NCBI GenBank assembly: GCA_964550205.1
Contig: CAZJYD010000001.1
Span: 11,506 to 75,505, forward strand
Origin: an uncultured Bacteroidales bacterium
GTDB lineage: Bacteria > Bacteroidota > Bacteroidia > Bacteroidales > JAIOZK01
Direction of reading: 5' to 3'
Length of the DNA stretch: 64,000 nt
Position 1 is the stretch's first letter. Every line of letters starts with the position of its first letter. The position numbers and the translations under genes are program-made. The notes beneath the pieces were generated by a model. The model ran no database searches, was not told where the DNA came from, and worked only from the letters and a program-made list of their open reading frames with translations. Shown here piece after piece: positions 37,691-47,900 of the stretch.

Positions 37691-38653
37691 TTATTCTAAC
37701 ATTTCATTGATAATAGTTTCTACACTAATTGCTTCAGCTTCAGCCTTGTAATTCCTTATAATACGGTGACGTAAAACGGCTGTAACAACAGCATTAACGT
37801 CTTCGATATCCGGCGAATATTTGCCTGATATCACAGCGTGGCATTTGGCTCCGATAATCAGGTATTGTGATGCACGAGGACCTGCTCCCCATGTAAGATA
37901 TTTATTTGCATATTCATGGGAATTATTCCCTGGTCTGGTTCTTTTAACAAGGGAAACTACATATTCGAAAACATTATCCGGGACAGGTATTTTCCGGATC
38001 AGGTTTTGAAAAAACAGAATTTCATCAGAGCTGAGTATCACATTGGGTTCGTCAGGCTCTTCAGCGGTTGTGCTTTTTACAATGTTTATTTCTTCATCAA
38101 AGGACGGGTAATCTAACCAAATATTAAACATAAATCGGTCGAGCTGAGCTTCGGGCAACGGATAAGTTCCTTCCTGTTCTATAGGATTTTGAGTGGCAAG
38201 AACAAAAAATGGTTCGTTTAAAATATATCTTTGCCCTGCAACTGTTATGGCTTTTTCCTGCATAGCTTCAAGAAGTGCCGATTGAGTTTTTGGCGGGGTA
38301 CGATTAATTTCATCAGCAAGTATTATATTGGCAAAAACAGGTCCTTTGATAAATTTGAAGTTGCGCTTTTGATCAAGTATTTCAGAACCAATTATATCCG
38401 AGGGCATCAGATCGGGTGTAAATTGTATCCTTGAATAGCTAAGTCCAAGAACTTTGGCAATTGTGTTTACCATGAGAGTTTTCGCCAATCCTGGTACTCC
38501 TACTAATAGTACGTGCCCCTTGCTGAATATTGAAATTATTGTGTTTTTAATTACATCTTCCTGGCCTACTATAACCTTAGCTATTTCTTCACGTAAAGCT
38601 TGGTATTTATTTACTAAGGTGTCAACTGCTTCAACATCTGTTTTATAATCCAT
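37691..38653 (-). CDS. MoxR-family AAA+ ATPase
   Basis: Has Walker A GVPGLAKT, IQFTPDLMPSDI.G, Walker B ILADEINR and ATQNPIEQEGTYPLPEAQLDRF; 320 aa. Confidence 0.9.
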   Translation of the reverse strand: MDYKTDVEAVDTLVNKYQALREEIAKVIVGQEDVIKNTIISIFSKGHVLLVGVPGLAKTLMVNTIAKVLGLSYSRIQFTPDLMPSDIIGSEILDQKRNFKFIKGPVFANIILADEINRTPPKTQSALLEAMQEKAITVAGQRYILNEPFFVLATQNPIEQEGTYPLPEAQLDRFMFNIWLDYPSFDEEINIVKSTTAEEPDEPNVILSSDEILFFQNLIRKIPVPDNVFEYVVSLVKRTRPGNNSHEYANKYLTWGAGPRASQYLIIGAKCHAVISGKYSPDIEDVNAVVTAVLRHRIIRNYKAEAEAISVETIINEMLE

Positions 38654-38687
38654 TATGTGAATAAATATTTATAAGAAGTTCAATATT

Positions 38688-40073
38688 TTATTTATTTATC
38701 CAGTTGTGATAAAAATTGCAATCTTTGTATTTATCATCAATTTTTACGTAAGTATCAACAAGTTTTGATCTTATCCATTCATCAACTACATCAGCTTTTT
38801 TCTTTTCAAGAGCCCATTCCTGTAATGCATTATAATCATCCTTAAGATTTGCCTGATGGGGCTTTGTTCTTGATTTCAAATAAAGTAACCTGTAAGCCTG
38901 TTTACCTTCTTCTGTTTCAAATAAAACCGGTTTTGAAATATCACCCACATCCAGCTTGTCAATTACAAAAAATAATTGAGGATCAAGTTGATCGGCCTCG
39001 AATTTTGTGTTTCCGGTCATAGGATTTATTATCAGACCACCATTTGTCTTACTCGGATCATCAGAAAATTTCATTGCGGCTTCCTCAAATGTTAATGAGT
39101 CATTTTCAATGAATTCAGCAATGCTATCAAGATATTGTTTAGCCTCAACTAGATCATAAGGTGAGGGTTTAATCCTTAGCAATATATGTCTTACATTTAC
39201 ATATTCGCCTCTTCTCTCAATAAGCTGAATTATATGAAAACCAGCTTTGGTTTCTACAACCTCTGAAACTTCACCTTTATCCAGATTAAATGCAACCGCT
39301 TCAAATTCAGGAAATAATTCACCTCTTTTACTCAAACCTATCTCACCGCCTTTTTTTGCAGAGCCCGGATCTTCGGAATACAGAATAGCCATAGCTTCAA
39401 ACTTTTCACCGGTTAATATCCTTTCCCGGAGGTCCTGTAATTTCTTTTTTATTTTTAATTTTTCTTCAACACTAACAGGTGGAATCCTGACTATCTGGCC
39501 TATCTCAACTTCAGAATTAATATAGGGTATACTGTCTTCAGGCATGGTTTTATAATAATTCTTAACGTCGGAAGGTGTTATTGAAATATTTTCAATTATC
39601 TGTTGCCTGGCTCTTTCCACCATCATCTGTTCCCTAACAAGATCACGCATCTCTTCCTTTATTTCTATGATGGATTTATTATAAAACTCTTCAAGCTTTT
39701 CTTCGGAACCAAACTGCCCGACAAAGTAACGAAGACGGTGGTTCATGTTTTGTTCCACCTCATTATCGGTTACCTCAAGGCTATCAATCTGTGCCTGGTT
39801 AAGAAGAAGTTTCTGAAATAAAAGATCTTCCAGTATCTGGCATTTAACGCTTGTTTCGCTACCCTGAATACCCTGCTGCATGCGATACTGCACATATTGA
39901 CCTTCAAGCTCTGATTCCAAAATGATGTTCTTCCCAACAACAGCAATAATCTGATCTATAACCTCTTCCTGACTATATATTGAGTTAAATGGTATAAGAA
40001 GTAAGAAAAAAACCAAAAAATTCAAAATGGTTGTATTTCCATTTTTTTTCATAAATATTCTTTTCAATATCAT
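38688..40073 (-). CDS. SurA-like peptidyl-prolyl isomerase/chaperone (one clear parvulin domain)
   Basis: Signal peptide and a SurA-N-like chaperone region. The parvulin signatures are VRHILL and KAGFHIIQL. An alternative start is possible at 40052. Confidence 0.8.
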   Translation of the reverse strand: MILKRIFMKKNGNTTILNFLVFFLLLIPFNSIYSQEEVIDQIIAVVGKNIILESELEGQYVQYRMQQGIQGSETSVKCQILEDLLFQKLLLNQAQIDSLEVTDNEVEQNMNHRLRYFVGQFGSEEKLEEFYNKSIIEIKEEMRDLVREQMMVERARQQIIENISITPSDVKNYYKTMPEDSIPYINSEVEIGQIVRIPPVSVEEKLKIKKKLQDLRERILTGEKFEAMAILYSEDPGSAKKGGEIGLSKRGELFPEFEAVAFNLDKGEVSEVVETKAGFHIIQLIERRGEYVNVRHILLRIKPSPYDLVEAKQYLDSIAEFIENDSLTFEEAAMKFSDDPSKTNGGLIINPMTGNTKFEADQLDPQLFFVIDKLDVGDISKPVLFETEEGKQAYRLLYLKSRTKPHQANLKDDYNALQEWALEKKKADVVDEWIRSKLVDTYVKIDDKYKDCNFYHNWINK

Positions 40074-40129
40074 TTTGTTAAAACTTGAAAAAATATATTT
40101 TATTGTTAATATTTAATATAAATGGAGGT

Positions 40130-40966
40130 TTAGAAAATCTCAATGTTATTGTGTTCTAATGCGTTATTGAAGATTTCATTCTCCATGTTGTCAAGCAATT
40201 TTGTCTTTCTTTTATTAAGAATAATCCTTTTTATGTTCTCTTTCGCATAACCAATTGGGGCAATATTGCCATGCAGTCTGAAATCAACAAATTTGATCAG
40301 GTAAATAAAAGGCCGATCGTCGAGTTTAAAATATCTGTGATTCCTTAAAAAATTCTCCTGATCATGTGTTTTTATTGGTATGGTTTGTATTAGCTCATTA
40401 AAAGCAATCCAGTATTCTTCATTGAGATAATAATCAACAGCAGAATTATTACATATAGAATCCAATATTGCTTTGTTTTCAGTATTTTCTGATCGGAGTA
40501 GTTCCTCGAAATGATTTATGTTAACCGTATCGGGAATAAGCTTTATATAGTTCATTCGTACTATGTCCTCACTCAGTATGAAGTTATCCTTTTTTTCATT
40601 ATAGTAAGTTTCTATTTCATTATCTGTAACAATAGTATCCAGTTTTTGTTTGATCAGTAATGATTTGTATTTATATAATATTAGTGAATTTCTGTAGGAT
40701 TTTAACTGTTCTTCGAAATTTTTTTGCTTTTCAGTGAGGTTCTTTTCGGCCTGATTTACAAGCAATTCCTGTCTTACCCAATTATTGATATAGTTCTTGG
40801 CCATAATCAGGCTGTCTTTGATTGGAGTGCCTTTTGGGATTACATCTTTTAATTCTGATGAATACAGATACTTATCGTATACCCTTGCAAGTATTTCCTC
40901 CTCATTTTGTGTTTCGTTCCTGCAGGAAAACAATATGAATAAAATAAAAAACCAGTACTTTCTCAC
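40130..40966 (-). CDS. Hypothetical lipoprotein, SurA-N-like chaperone region without an obvious parvulin signature
   Basis: Lipobox-like LFSC, and a helical K/E/N-rich sequence resembling the N-domain of the flanking PPIases. It sits between two PPIase genes. Confidence 0.45.
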   Translation of the reverse strand: MRKYWFFILFILFSCRNETQNEEEILARVYDKYLYSSELKDVIPKGTPIKDSLIMAKNYINNWVRQELLVNQAEKNLTEKQKNFEEQLKSYRNSLILYKYKSLLIKQKLDTIVTDNEIETYYNEKKDNFILSEDIVRMNYIKLIPDTVNINHFEELLRSENTENKAILDSICNNSAVDYYLNEEYWIAFNELIQTIPIKTHDQENFLRNHRYFKLDDRPFIYLIKFVDFRLHGNIAPIGYAKENIKRIILNKRKTKLLDNMENEIFNNALEHNNIEIF

Positions 40967-40973
40967 CCATGTG

Positions 40974-42974
40974 TTATTTTAATGTTGACAATATTTTTTC
41001 ATTAACTTTGACAATATATTTTTTCTTTAGCTCTTTAAGCCATTCTGTTTCAAGATAATTTTGATAATCGGCTATAACTAACCCCCTGGCTTCTTCAAAT
41101 TTTTTAGATTCCGGTGGAACTATATTATTTATCTCAACTATAAAAACTTTATTTCCTTGTGCATATAACTTTACATTTCCCTCTTTCCATTCAACATCAT
41201 CCACTTTTTTATTATCTCCTTTGGCAAATATCTTCGACTTAAAAAGTATAGTATCGTTAGTATAATTGCTGTCCACTTCTAAAATTTTTTCCGGTGCAAT
41301 ACCCTGGTCAATTTTTTCTTTTAATTCTTCAAGATTAATGGGTTCTTTTATAGTATAAACCGATGCTTTAACTCTTTCGCCCCACATATATTTATCTTTA
41401 TTATTTTCATAAAATGCTTTTAGCCCGGTCGTATCCTCTGATGCTTTTGACCATACTTTTTCATTGGTCAACTCGAAAAGTAAAATACCATCACGATATT
41501 CTTTCATCAGCAATCCAAAATCAGGATAAAAAGTTTCCAGTCTTTGGTCATAATACTCAATACATTTTTTATCAACGAAATCTTTATATAAATTATCAAA
41601 AAGAACATTAATATTTGAATAATCGGTGTCTTCCTGCTTTTTAGCCAGGTATTCCGCGAATTCCTGCTGTGAATATTTTTCTTTACCAATTTTGAACAAA
41701 GGTTTATCCAGTCCTTCTGCTTTTTCTATTTTCCATTGGCCTTCAAGAATTGTTGAGTCGAGTGTGTTAAAAAGTTGTTCTTTGCGCTTATCTTTTTCCC
41801 TGAATCTATGATCTTTCTTTATTTTCTTTATAACCGCCGCTTTACTTTTATTTGATCTTGAGTCTTTTAGCAGTAGTTCACGTATCATTTCTTTGTCATC
41901 TTCAAATAAACCCGGTTTTTCTATATTAAGAAGTTTAATAATATGCCAACCATATTGGGTAAGGAAAGGTTCTGAAATTTCACCTGTATCTAATAAAGAA
42001 ACCTCATAAATAAATTCTGGAACCATTCTGTTCGAATTGAATGGAGGCAATTTGCCTTCTTTTGTTTTTGAGCCCCTGTCATCGGAGTATTTGATTACTG
42101 CGTCTTTAAAAGAAGATCCTTCTTGGATCATATTATATGCTTCAAATATTTTTTCCTTAGATTTTGCTGAATCCTTGGTGGTGGCATTTTCTGGGATCTT
42201 AACATACACATGAGCTACCTGTGCTTTACCCATAGCTTCTTTTTTATCAAAAACCTTTATAATATGATAGCCTACTTTTGTTCTGATAATATCCGATATC
42301 TCGCCCTCCTTAGTATTATATGCAGCGCTTTCGAATGGATATAGCATATCGAAAACCGTAAAATATCCTAAATCACCTTTATTTCCTTTTCTTATTATCC
42401 TTTTGCTTTTTTTGTCTTTCATATCTCTGGCACTAGGATCTTCGGAATACTCTATAGCCAGCTTACTAAAATCTTCACCATTTTCGGCTTTATTCTTAAT
42501 TTCAATAATTTTTTCATAAGTTTTCAGGGTATCTTCCGGTGGTGCATTTTTATCTACTTTGATAAGTATATGACTAGCCCTGATATCAGTCAGGCTGCGT
42601 TCATAAGCTTCTGTAATCAATTCTTCAGTAACATTCTCATCGATAAAATACGGCTTTGTTAACTGATTTCTGTATCCTTCCAATTCTTTAACAAATGATT
42701 CTACAGTATCCATGCCTAAATCTTCAGCTTCTTTTACCTTGAGTTTAAAATTAATATAAAGGTCCAGGTACTCTTCAATGGTTTTAGTATCCAGTACCTC
42801 ACCCTTTACATTATTTTTATTATAAACTCTCATAAATTCCGCAACACTAATGTCTTCATCACCGATGGTTAATAATGTGCGTTTATCATTTGAATAATCC
42901 TGCGATAAGGTTGGGATTACCAGACAAATAATCGCGGATAATACTAGTAAACCTTTTATTACTTTGCTTTCCAT
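40974..42974 (-). CDS. Peptidyl-prolyl isomerase, PpiD/SurA family with two parvulin domains
   Basis: Signal peptide. The parvulin signatures are IRASHILIKV/KVGYHIIKV and AQVAHVYVKI/QYGWHIIKL. Length is 666 aa. Confidence 0.85.
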   Translation of the reverse strand: MESKVIKGLLVLSAIICLVIPTLSQDYSNDKRTLLTIGDEDISVAEFMRVYNKNNVKGEVLDTKTIEEYLDLYINFKLKVKEAEDLGMDTVESFVKELEGYRNQLTKPYFIDENVTEELITEAYERSLTDIRASHILIKVDKNAPPEDTLKTYEKIIEIKNKAENGEDFSKLAIEYSEDPSARDMKDKKSKRIIRKGNKGDLGYFTVFDMLYPFESAAYNTKEGEISDIIRTKVGYHIIKVFDKKEAMGKAQVAHVYVKIPENATTKDSAKSKEKIFEAYNMIQEGSSFKDAVIKYSDDRGSKTKEGKLPPFNSNRMVPEFIYEVSLLDTGEISEPFLTQYGWHIIKLLNIEKPGLFEDDKEMIRELLLKDSRSNKSKAAVIKKIKKDHRFREKDKRKEQLFNTLDSTILEGQWKIEKAEGLDKPLFKIGKEKYSQQEFAEYLAKKQEDTDYSNINVLFDNLYKDFVDKKCIEYYDQRLETFYPDFGLLMKEYRDGILLFELTNEKVWSKASEDTTGLKAFYENNKDKYMWGERVKASVYTIKEPINLEELKEKIDQGIAPEKILEVDSNYTNDTILFKSKIFAKGDNKKVDDVEWKEGNVKLYAQGNKVFIVEINNIVPPESKKFEEARGLVIADYQNYLETEWLKELKKKYIVKVNEKILSTLK

Positions 42975-43006
42975 AATTTTTATTTAATTATTTTGTTATT
43001 TTTTAC

Positions 43007-44482
43007 TTATATCTTAGGACTGTAATTAGGTGCTTCCCTGACAATTGTAACGTCATGGGGATGCCCCTCTATAACGCCGGCAGCAGTGATTTTAATAAAT
43101 TTTGCTTTTTGCAGTTCACTAATATTTTTAGCGCCAACGTAGCCCATACCTGCTCTTAATCCACCCACCATTTGATTTATTACTTCAGATAAAGCTCCCT
43201 TATAAGGCACACGTCCCACTATACCTTCTGGGACAAGTTTCTTAATGTCATCTTCAACATCCTGAAAATACCTGTCTTTTGATCCTTTCTGCATTGCTTC
43301 TATCGAACCCATACCACGATAGGTTTTATATTTCCTTCCTTCATAAATGATGGTTTCGCCAGGCGATTCATCCACTCCGGCAAATAATGAACCTGCCATT
43401 ATCGTATGTGCTCCTGCAGCAAGAGCTTTAACAATATCGCCGGTAAAACGTATGCCACCGTCAGCAATAATAGGAATATTTGTTTCTTTCAGTTCTTGCG
43501 TTACATTATATATTGCTGATAACTGTGGAATACCAACCCCGGCAATTACACGTGTTGTACATATCGAGCCCGGCCCTATACCAACTTTAATTGCATCAGC
43601 TCCGGCATCTGCAATAGCCCTGGCTCCTTCGGCAGTACCAACATTACCAATGACCAGATCGATTTCCTTGAATGTTTCCTTTATAATCTTTGCCATAGCG
43701 ATAACATTTTTACTGTGAGCATGTGCAGTATCTACAACTATTGCATCAACACCTTGGGAAACCAACGCCTCACAGCGTTTTAAGGTGTCTTCAGAAATAC
43801 CCACAGCAGCAGCTACACGTAGCCTTCCACGTTTGTCTTTATATGCATTTGGGTGAGCTTTGATTTTCATAATGTCTTTATAGGTGATTAAACCTATAAG
43901 ATTATTGTTTTTATCTACAACAGGAAGCTTTTCAATGCGATGTTCCTGAAGTATGTCGGCTACTTCTTCAAAATCAGTAAATTCACTTGTAGTAATGATG
44001 TTGTCTTTTGTCATTATTTCTGTGACAGGCCGCCTGATATTTCGTTCGAACCTGAGATCGCGATTAGTAAGAATACCAGCAAGTTTATTATGGTTATCCA
44101 CAATAGGAATACCGCTTATATTATTTTCTTCCATTACTTTCAATGCATCTTTAACAAGAGCACTTTCAGATAATGTAACAGGGTCGAGTATCATGCCGTT
44201 TTCTGCTCTCTTAACTTTTCTTACATGATTAGCCTGGTCATCAATTTCCATGTTTTTATGTAAAACACCTATACCTCCTTCCTGTGCTATGGCAATTGCC
44301 ATGGTAGATTCGGTAACAGTATCCATTGCTGATGAAACAATAGGGATATTTAACATTATATTACGGCTGAAACTGGTGGTAATGTCGACTTCGCGGGGAA
44401 GAACTTCAGAATATGCTGGCTCGAGAAGTACGTCATCATACGTAAAACCTTCTCCGATAAATTTATTACTGTCTAAAGCCAT
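43007..44482 (-). CDS. guaB: IMP dehydrogenase
   Basis: FTYDDVLL.P, a CBS pair, the catalytic loop [28 protein letters not shown] and YRGMGS. The start was chosen at MALDSNKF (internal ATG). Confidence 0.93.
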   Translation of the reverse strand: MALDSNKFIGEGFTYDDVLLEPAYSEVLPREVDITTSFSRNIMLNIPIVSSAMDTVTESTMAIAIAQEGGIGVLHKNMEIDDQANHVRKVKRAENGMILDPVTLSESALVKDALKVMEENNISGIPIVDNHNKLAGILTNRDLRFERNIRRPVTEIMTKDNIITTSEFTDFEEVADILQEHRIEKLPVVDKNNNLIGLITYKDIMKIKAHPNAYKDKRGRLRVAAAVGISEDTLKRCEALVSQGVDAIVVDTAHAHSKNVIAMAKIIKETFKEIDLVIGNVGTAEGARAIADAGADAIKVGIGPGSICTTRVIAGVGIPQLSAIYNVTQELKETNIPIIADGGIRFTGDIVKALAAGAHTIMAGSLFAGVDESPGETIIYEGRKYKTYRGMGSIEAMQKGSKDRYFQDVEDDIKKLVPEGIVGRVPYKGALSEVINQMVGGLRAGMGYVGAKNISELQKAKFIKITAAGVIEGHPHDVTIVREAPNYSPKI

Positions 44483-44563
44483 GATTTTTAGTTTTGAAAA
44501 TTGATGCAAATGTATGAAAAAATGACGATTAGTGGTCTTAAAAAATGTTAATGAGTCATATAT

Positions 44564-46609
44564 TTAATAAATTAAAGTAATAGTCCCTTTTTTAACTCTT
44601 GTTGTCTTATTTTCAACCTGATAGCAAATATAATACACATAAATACCCATAGGTACATATTCACCTTTGTATCTGCCGTTCCAACCTGTTGCCGGATTGT
44701 TTGTTTCAAAGATCATTTCTCCCCATCTGTTGAAAATCTTTAAACTATAACCATTTGGTTCAACATATCTTATAACAGGTTTAAATATGTTATTGATTCC
44801 TTTGGGAGCAAATGCATTAGGAACATTAATGTAACTTTCCTGATTGGCAACGGCTTTATTGGATCTGGACGTATCCTGAAAAGTATACTCATAACCTTCT
44901 CCTTCAATAGCCTCAACAAAATACTGAAAATTGCCTGTTGCAGGAATTTGACCGGAGATCATATCCGTATATGTATTTACTCCAAAAGGTACGGAAGCAA
45001 TTAGTTCCGGTTCCATTGCTTGATTATCCTCCCTGTAGATATCATATTTTATAACATTGCCATCCCATAATTCATAATCGTTCCAGGATAATACATTTCT
45101 CTCATCAGAAGGAGAATCAATATTCAATAATATAGTCCTTCCGAAGTTAGACGTAATATCTTCATTTCCGCAACTGTCAATTACTTCAATTTTGTAATAA
45201 TAGCTTTTTGCATCAACGTTTACGTTATTATCAGTAAAGCTGATATTTGCATATGATGATGGTTTTAATGTATCGATACAACTAAATGGGCCGCTGGCAT
45301 TATCAGCCCTAAGAATTTTGTAACCCTTAACTGATACCGTTGAGTCAGTATAGATTGTTAAATGTACATCTTCATTGTTCCTCACAGTTGCTGCTCTGAG
45401 ATAAATATATTCAGGTGTATCAGGATAATAAGTCGTTACGGATTGAACACAAGATGTTGATGAAGTATGATTATTATACGCTCTTATAAAATATCGGTAA
45501 TATACAAAAGGTTCGGTATTTTGATGAATATACGATGTTTGAGATGGTGATGTAACATTTAGAATTTCAAAGGGAGTATTATTTTCACTTACATATATTT
45601 TATATCCTTTAAGACCGGGAAACATATTAATGTATTCTGTCCAGGAAAGTGTATTGGTTTTTTCACAGGGTTTGAATTCTATAGCATTAAATAGAATTGT
45701 TTTTAGTGAGTCACCAAGGTTTTCAGGGCTGATACCTCTGCCGCTTTTATTACCACAGCTGTCGATAGCAGCAATACCATATGATCTTGTTTTAATACAG
45801 GCATTTGCAGTTGAATCTGTGTAAAATGTATTACCGATACCGAAAACAGTGTCCAAAGTGCTCCATATCCCTGCCTGATTTCTGTATACTATATATCCCA
45901 TAGTGCCCGAGTCGGAGCTTACTTCCCAGCCAAGTATAGCATTGCCATCATTATCAATGCTGACTGAATCCATATATGGTACAGGAGGCTGAGTTAAATC
46001 CTGAAGCCAATCACCGTAAACATTCGAAACCGATGCACATCCAATAGTATTTGAATTTTTAATTTTGTAGTTGATTGTATCATAACAAACTTGTATAGTA
46101 TCTATATAAATTTGATTTTTGGTCGAATCAATTAACTTCCATCCGGCATAAGAATATTTCTTAAAAATCCTGTACCATTGATTTGATGAAGGCATTTTCG
46201 GGGAATGCAAAGCATTCCATGTAAGATAAGCCCTGCTGTTAAAAGGTTGTGGTATCATTCTTAACTTTATAGCTTGAAGTGTATCGGAATACGAAGGTGG
46301 AGAATCATTTTTATTGATTTTAACAAAATAGAAATTATTGCTTGTAACAGGATCCTGATCCATATGAAGGTAAATATTTACAGAGATATCTTCAATTGTA
46401 GCAATAATTGAAAAAGAGGAGGTTGGAATATTTGAGTGATAGACTTCATAATTAACGAAGGAAGCATTGTTAGAAAATGATTCCCACTCTATCAATATAT
46501 CAGAATTATCCTTTACCGATATGCAATGTAAGAAATGTTCGGGCTGCGCAGATAATATTTTTTGTGCACCCAAAACAATTAAAATAAATATTTTAAGACG
46601 AATTAACAT
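44564..46609 (-). CDS. Gliding-motility-associated C-terminal domain (T9SS type B sorting domain) protein
   Basis: Signal peptide and repeated Ig/Fn3-like modules. The C-terminal VPNAFAPKG.N..F.P......YSLKIFNRWGEMIFE......GWNG.YKG..VP.G.YVY is characteristic of the type B CTD. Confidence 0.8.
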   Translation of the reverse strand: MLIRLKIFILIVLGAQKILSAQPEHFLHCISVKDNSDILIEWESFSNNASFVNYEVYHSNIPTSSFSIIATIEDISVNIYLHMDQDPVTSNNFYFVKINKNDSPPSYSDTLQAIKLRMIPQPFNSRAYLTWNALHSPKMPSSNQWYRIFKKYSYAGWKLIDSTKNQIYIDTIQVCYDTINYKIKNSNTIGCASVSNVYGDWLQDLTQPPVPYMDSVSIDNDGNAILGWEVSSDSGTMGYIVYRNQAGIWSTLDTVFGIGNTFYTDSTANACIKTRSYGIAAIDSCGNKSGRGISPENLGDSLKTILFNAIEFKPCEKTNTLSWTEYINMFPGLKGYKIYVSENNTPFEILNVTSPSQTSYIHQNTEPFVYYRYFIRAYNNHTSSTSCVQSVTTYYPDTPEYIYLRAATVRNNEDVHLTIYTDSTVSVKGYKILRADNASGPFSCIDTLKPSSYANISFTDNNVNVDAKSYYYKIEVIDSCGNEDITSNFGRTILLNIDSPSDERNVLSWNDYELWDGNVIKYDIYREDNQAMEPELIASVPFGVNTYTDMISGQIPATGNFQYFVEAIEGEGYEYTFQDTSRSNKAVANQESYINVPNAFAPKGINNIFKPVIRYVEPNGYSLKIFNRWGEMIFETNNPATGWNGRYKGEYVPMGIYVYYICYQVENKTTRVKKGTITLIY

Positions 46610-46620
46610 TGATGAAATAA

Positions 46621-47898
46621 TTATTTCCCCGCAACTAATTCGGATAAAGTATGTTTTCCAAGATATTTATTAGCTAATTCCTGTAGTTTTTCCGATGTAA
46701 TATTATTTACCTTTTCAATAGTTTTTTTAATAAAACTGTAATCAAGATCATATATAACCAGGTTTTTTAAATTCTCAGCCAGACCAACCGGATTATCCAG
46801 ACTATGAATAATACTTCCAAGTAAATATTGTTTAACAGTATTTAATTCATCATTTTGAATTTTATCATCTTGCAGTTTTTGAATTTCAAAATATATTTCA
46901 TCAATAGCTTTTCGACGCACATCAGCTCCCACTTCAGTAGCGATATAAAAGAATCCGGATCTCTTTAGAGACTTTATTCCTGCACCTATCCCATAAGTAT
47001 AACCTTTATCTTCCCTTAAGTTCGACATTAATCTTGATCCGAAAAATCCTCCGAGAAATGTTACTAAAATTTTCATATTTATATAATCCGGATGAAGTTT
47101 ATTAAATAATGGTTTGCCAATACGTATGGCTGATTGTAGTGCATCTTCTTTTTGAATCAGATCAGTTTGTGGTTTGTAGTTATTTGAATTTAATTCTTTA
47201 TCAGTGAAATTGGTTTTCTTTTCTAATGGAATATTTCCCCAATGCTCATTTATAAGCACAGCTAATTTATTATCAATTTTTCCACTGATTATGATAAAAT
47301 AGTTCTCCGGATTATAAAATCTATTATAGAAATCCTGAATATGATTTCTTTTGATGGTATCAAAATCTTTTAACTCTGTTACTTTTCCATAAGGGCTATC
47401 AGGAAATATGAGTTTGTTAAAGTAGTTATGGGCAATAAATCTTACCCGTTGCATATTTACCAAATGTTTTTGTTTTTCCTTCTTATTCAGGATTGCCAGC
47501 TCTTCTTCAGGAAAAACAGATTCAGCAATTATTTCCTTCAAAAGAGTAATAGCTTTTTTTATATGTTTTTTAAGTGTGTAGATAGTAATACTGGCAATAT
47601 CCCTGTCACTATTATTATATAATTGGAAACCATAGTAATCAACTGTCTTTGCAAGCTGTTCCGAGGTATGAGCTCTGGTTCCTTCGATAAGCATCTCTGC
47701 CGTGTATTTGGCCGTCAGTGGATGATCATCATGGAAAGAGCCTGCATCTGCAACCAATTCAATTCTCACAATATCCTGTTTGCCTGCATTGATTAGGTAT
47801 GTGCTAATATTGTTATCAAGTTTGATTCTTTCCGGCTGTGGGATAAGGATATCACTGATTTTATTAAGTTTTGGTTGGTATTTTCTGTTTAAAATCAT
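46621..47898 (-). CDS. M16-family peptidase-like protein lacking the HxxEH motif (probable non-catalytic partner)
   Basis: Length and fold pattern fit M16 (Peptidase_M16_C-like FY.RFY.P.N). No HxxEH motif is visible. It is immediately downstream of the catalytic M16 gene. Confidence 0.7.
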   Translation of the reverse strand: MILNRKYQPKLNKISDILIPQPERIKLDNNISTYLINAGKQDIVRIELVADAGSFHDDHPLTAKYTAEMLIEGTRAHTSEQLAKTVDYYGFQLYNNSDRDIASITIYTLKKHIKKAITLLKEIIAESVFPEEELAILNKKEKQKHLVNMQRVRFIAHNYFNKLIFPDSPYGKVTELKDFDTIKRNHIQDFYNRFYNPENYFIIISGKIDNKLAVLINEHWGNIPLEKKTNFTDKELNSNNYKPQTDLIQKEDALQSAIRIGKPLFNKLHPDYINMKILVTFLGGFFGSRLMSNLREDKGYTYGIGAGIKSLKRSGFFYIATEVGADVRRKAIDEIYFEIQKLQDDKIQNDELNTVKQYLLGSIIHSLDNPVGLAENLKNLVIYDLDYSFIKKTIEKVNNITSEKLQELANKYLGKHTLSELVAGK

Positions 47899-47900
47899 GA

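Noticed and set aside
37691-38653. Considered calling the MoxR gene part of a Bat/aerotolerance-type operon.
   Set aside because: No DUF58, VWA (BatA/BatB) or TPR partner genes are adjacent, so only the family call is supported.
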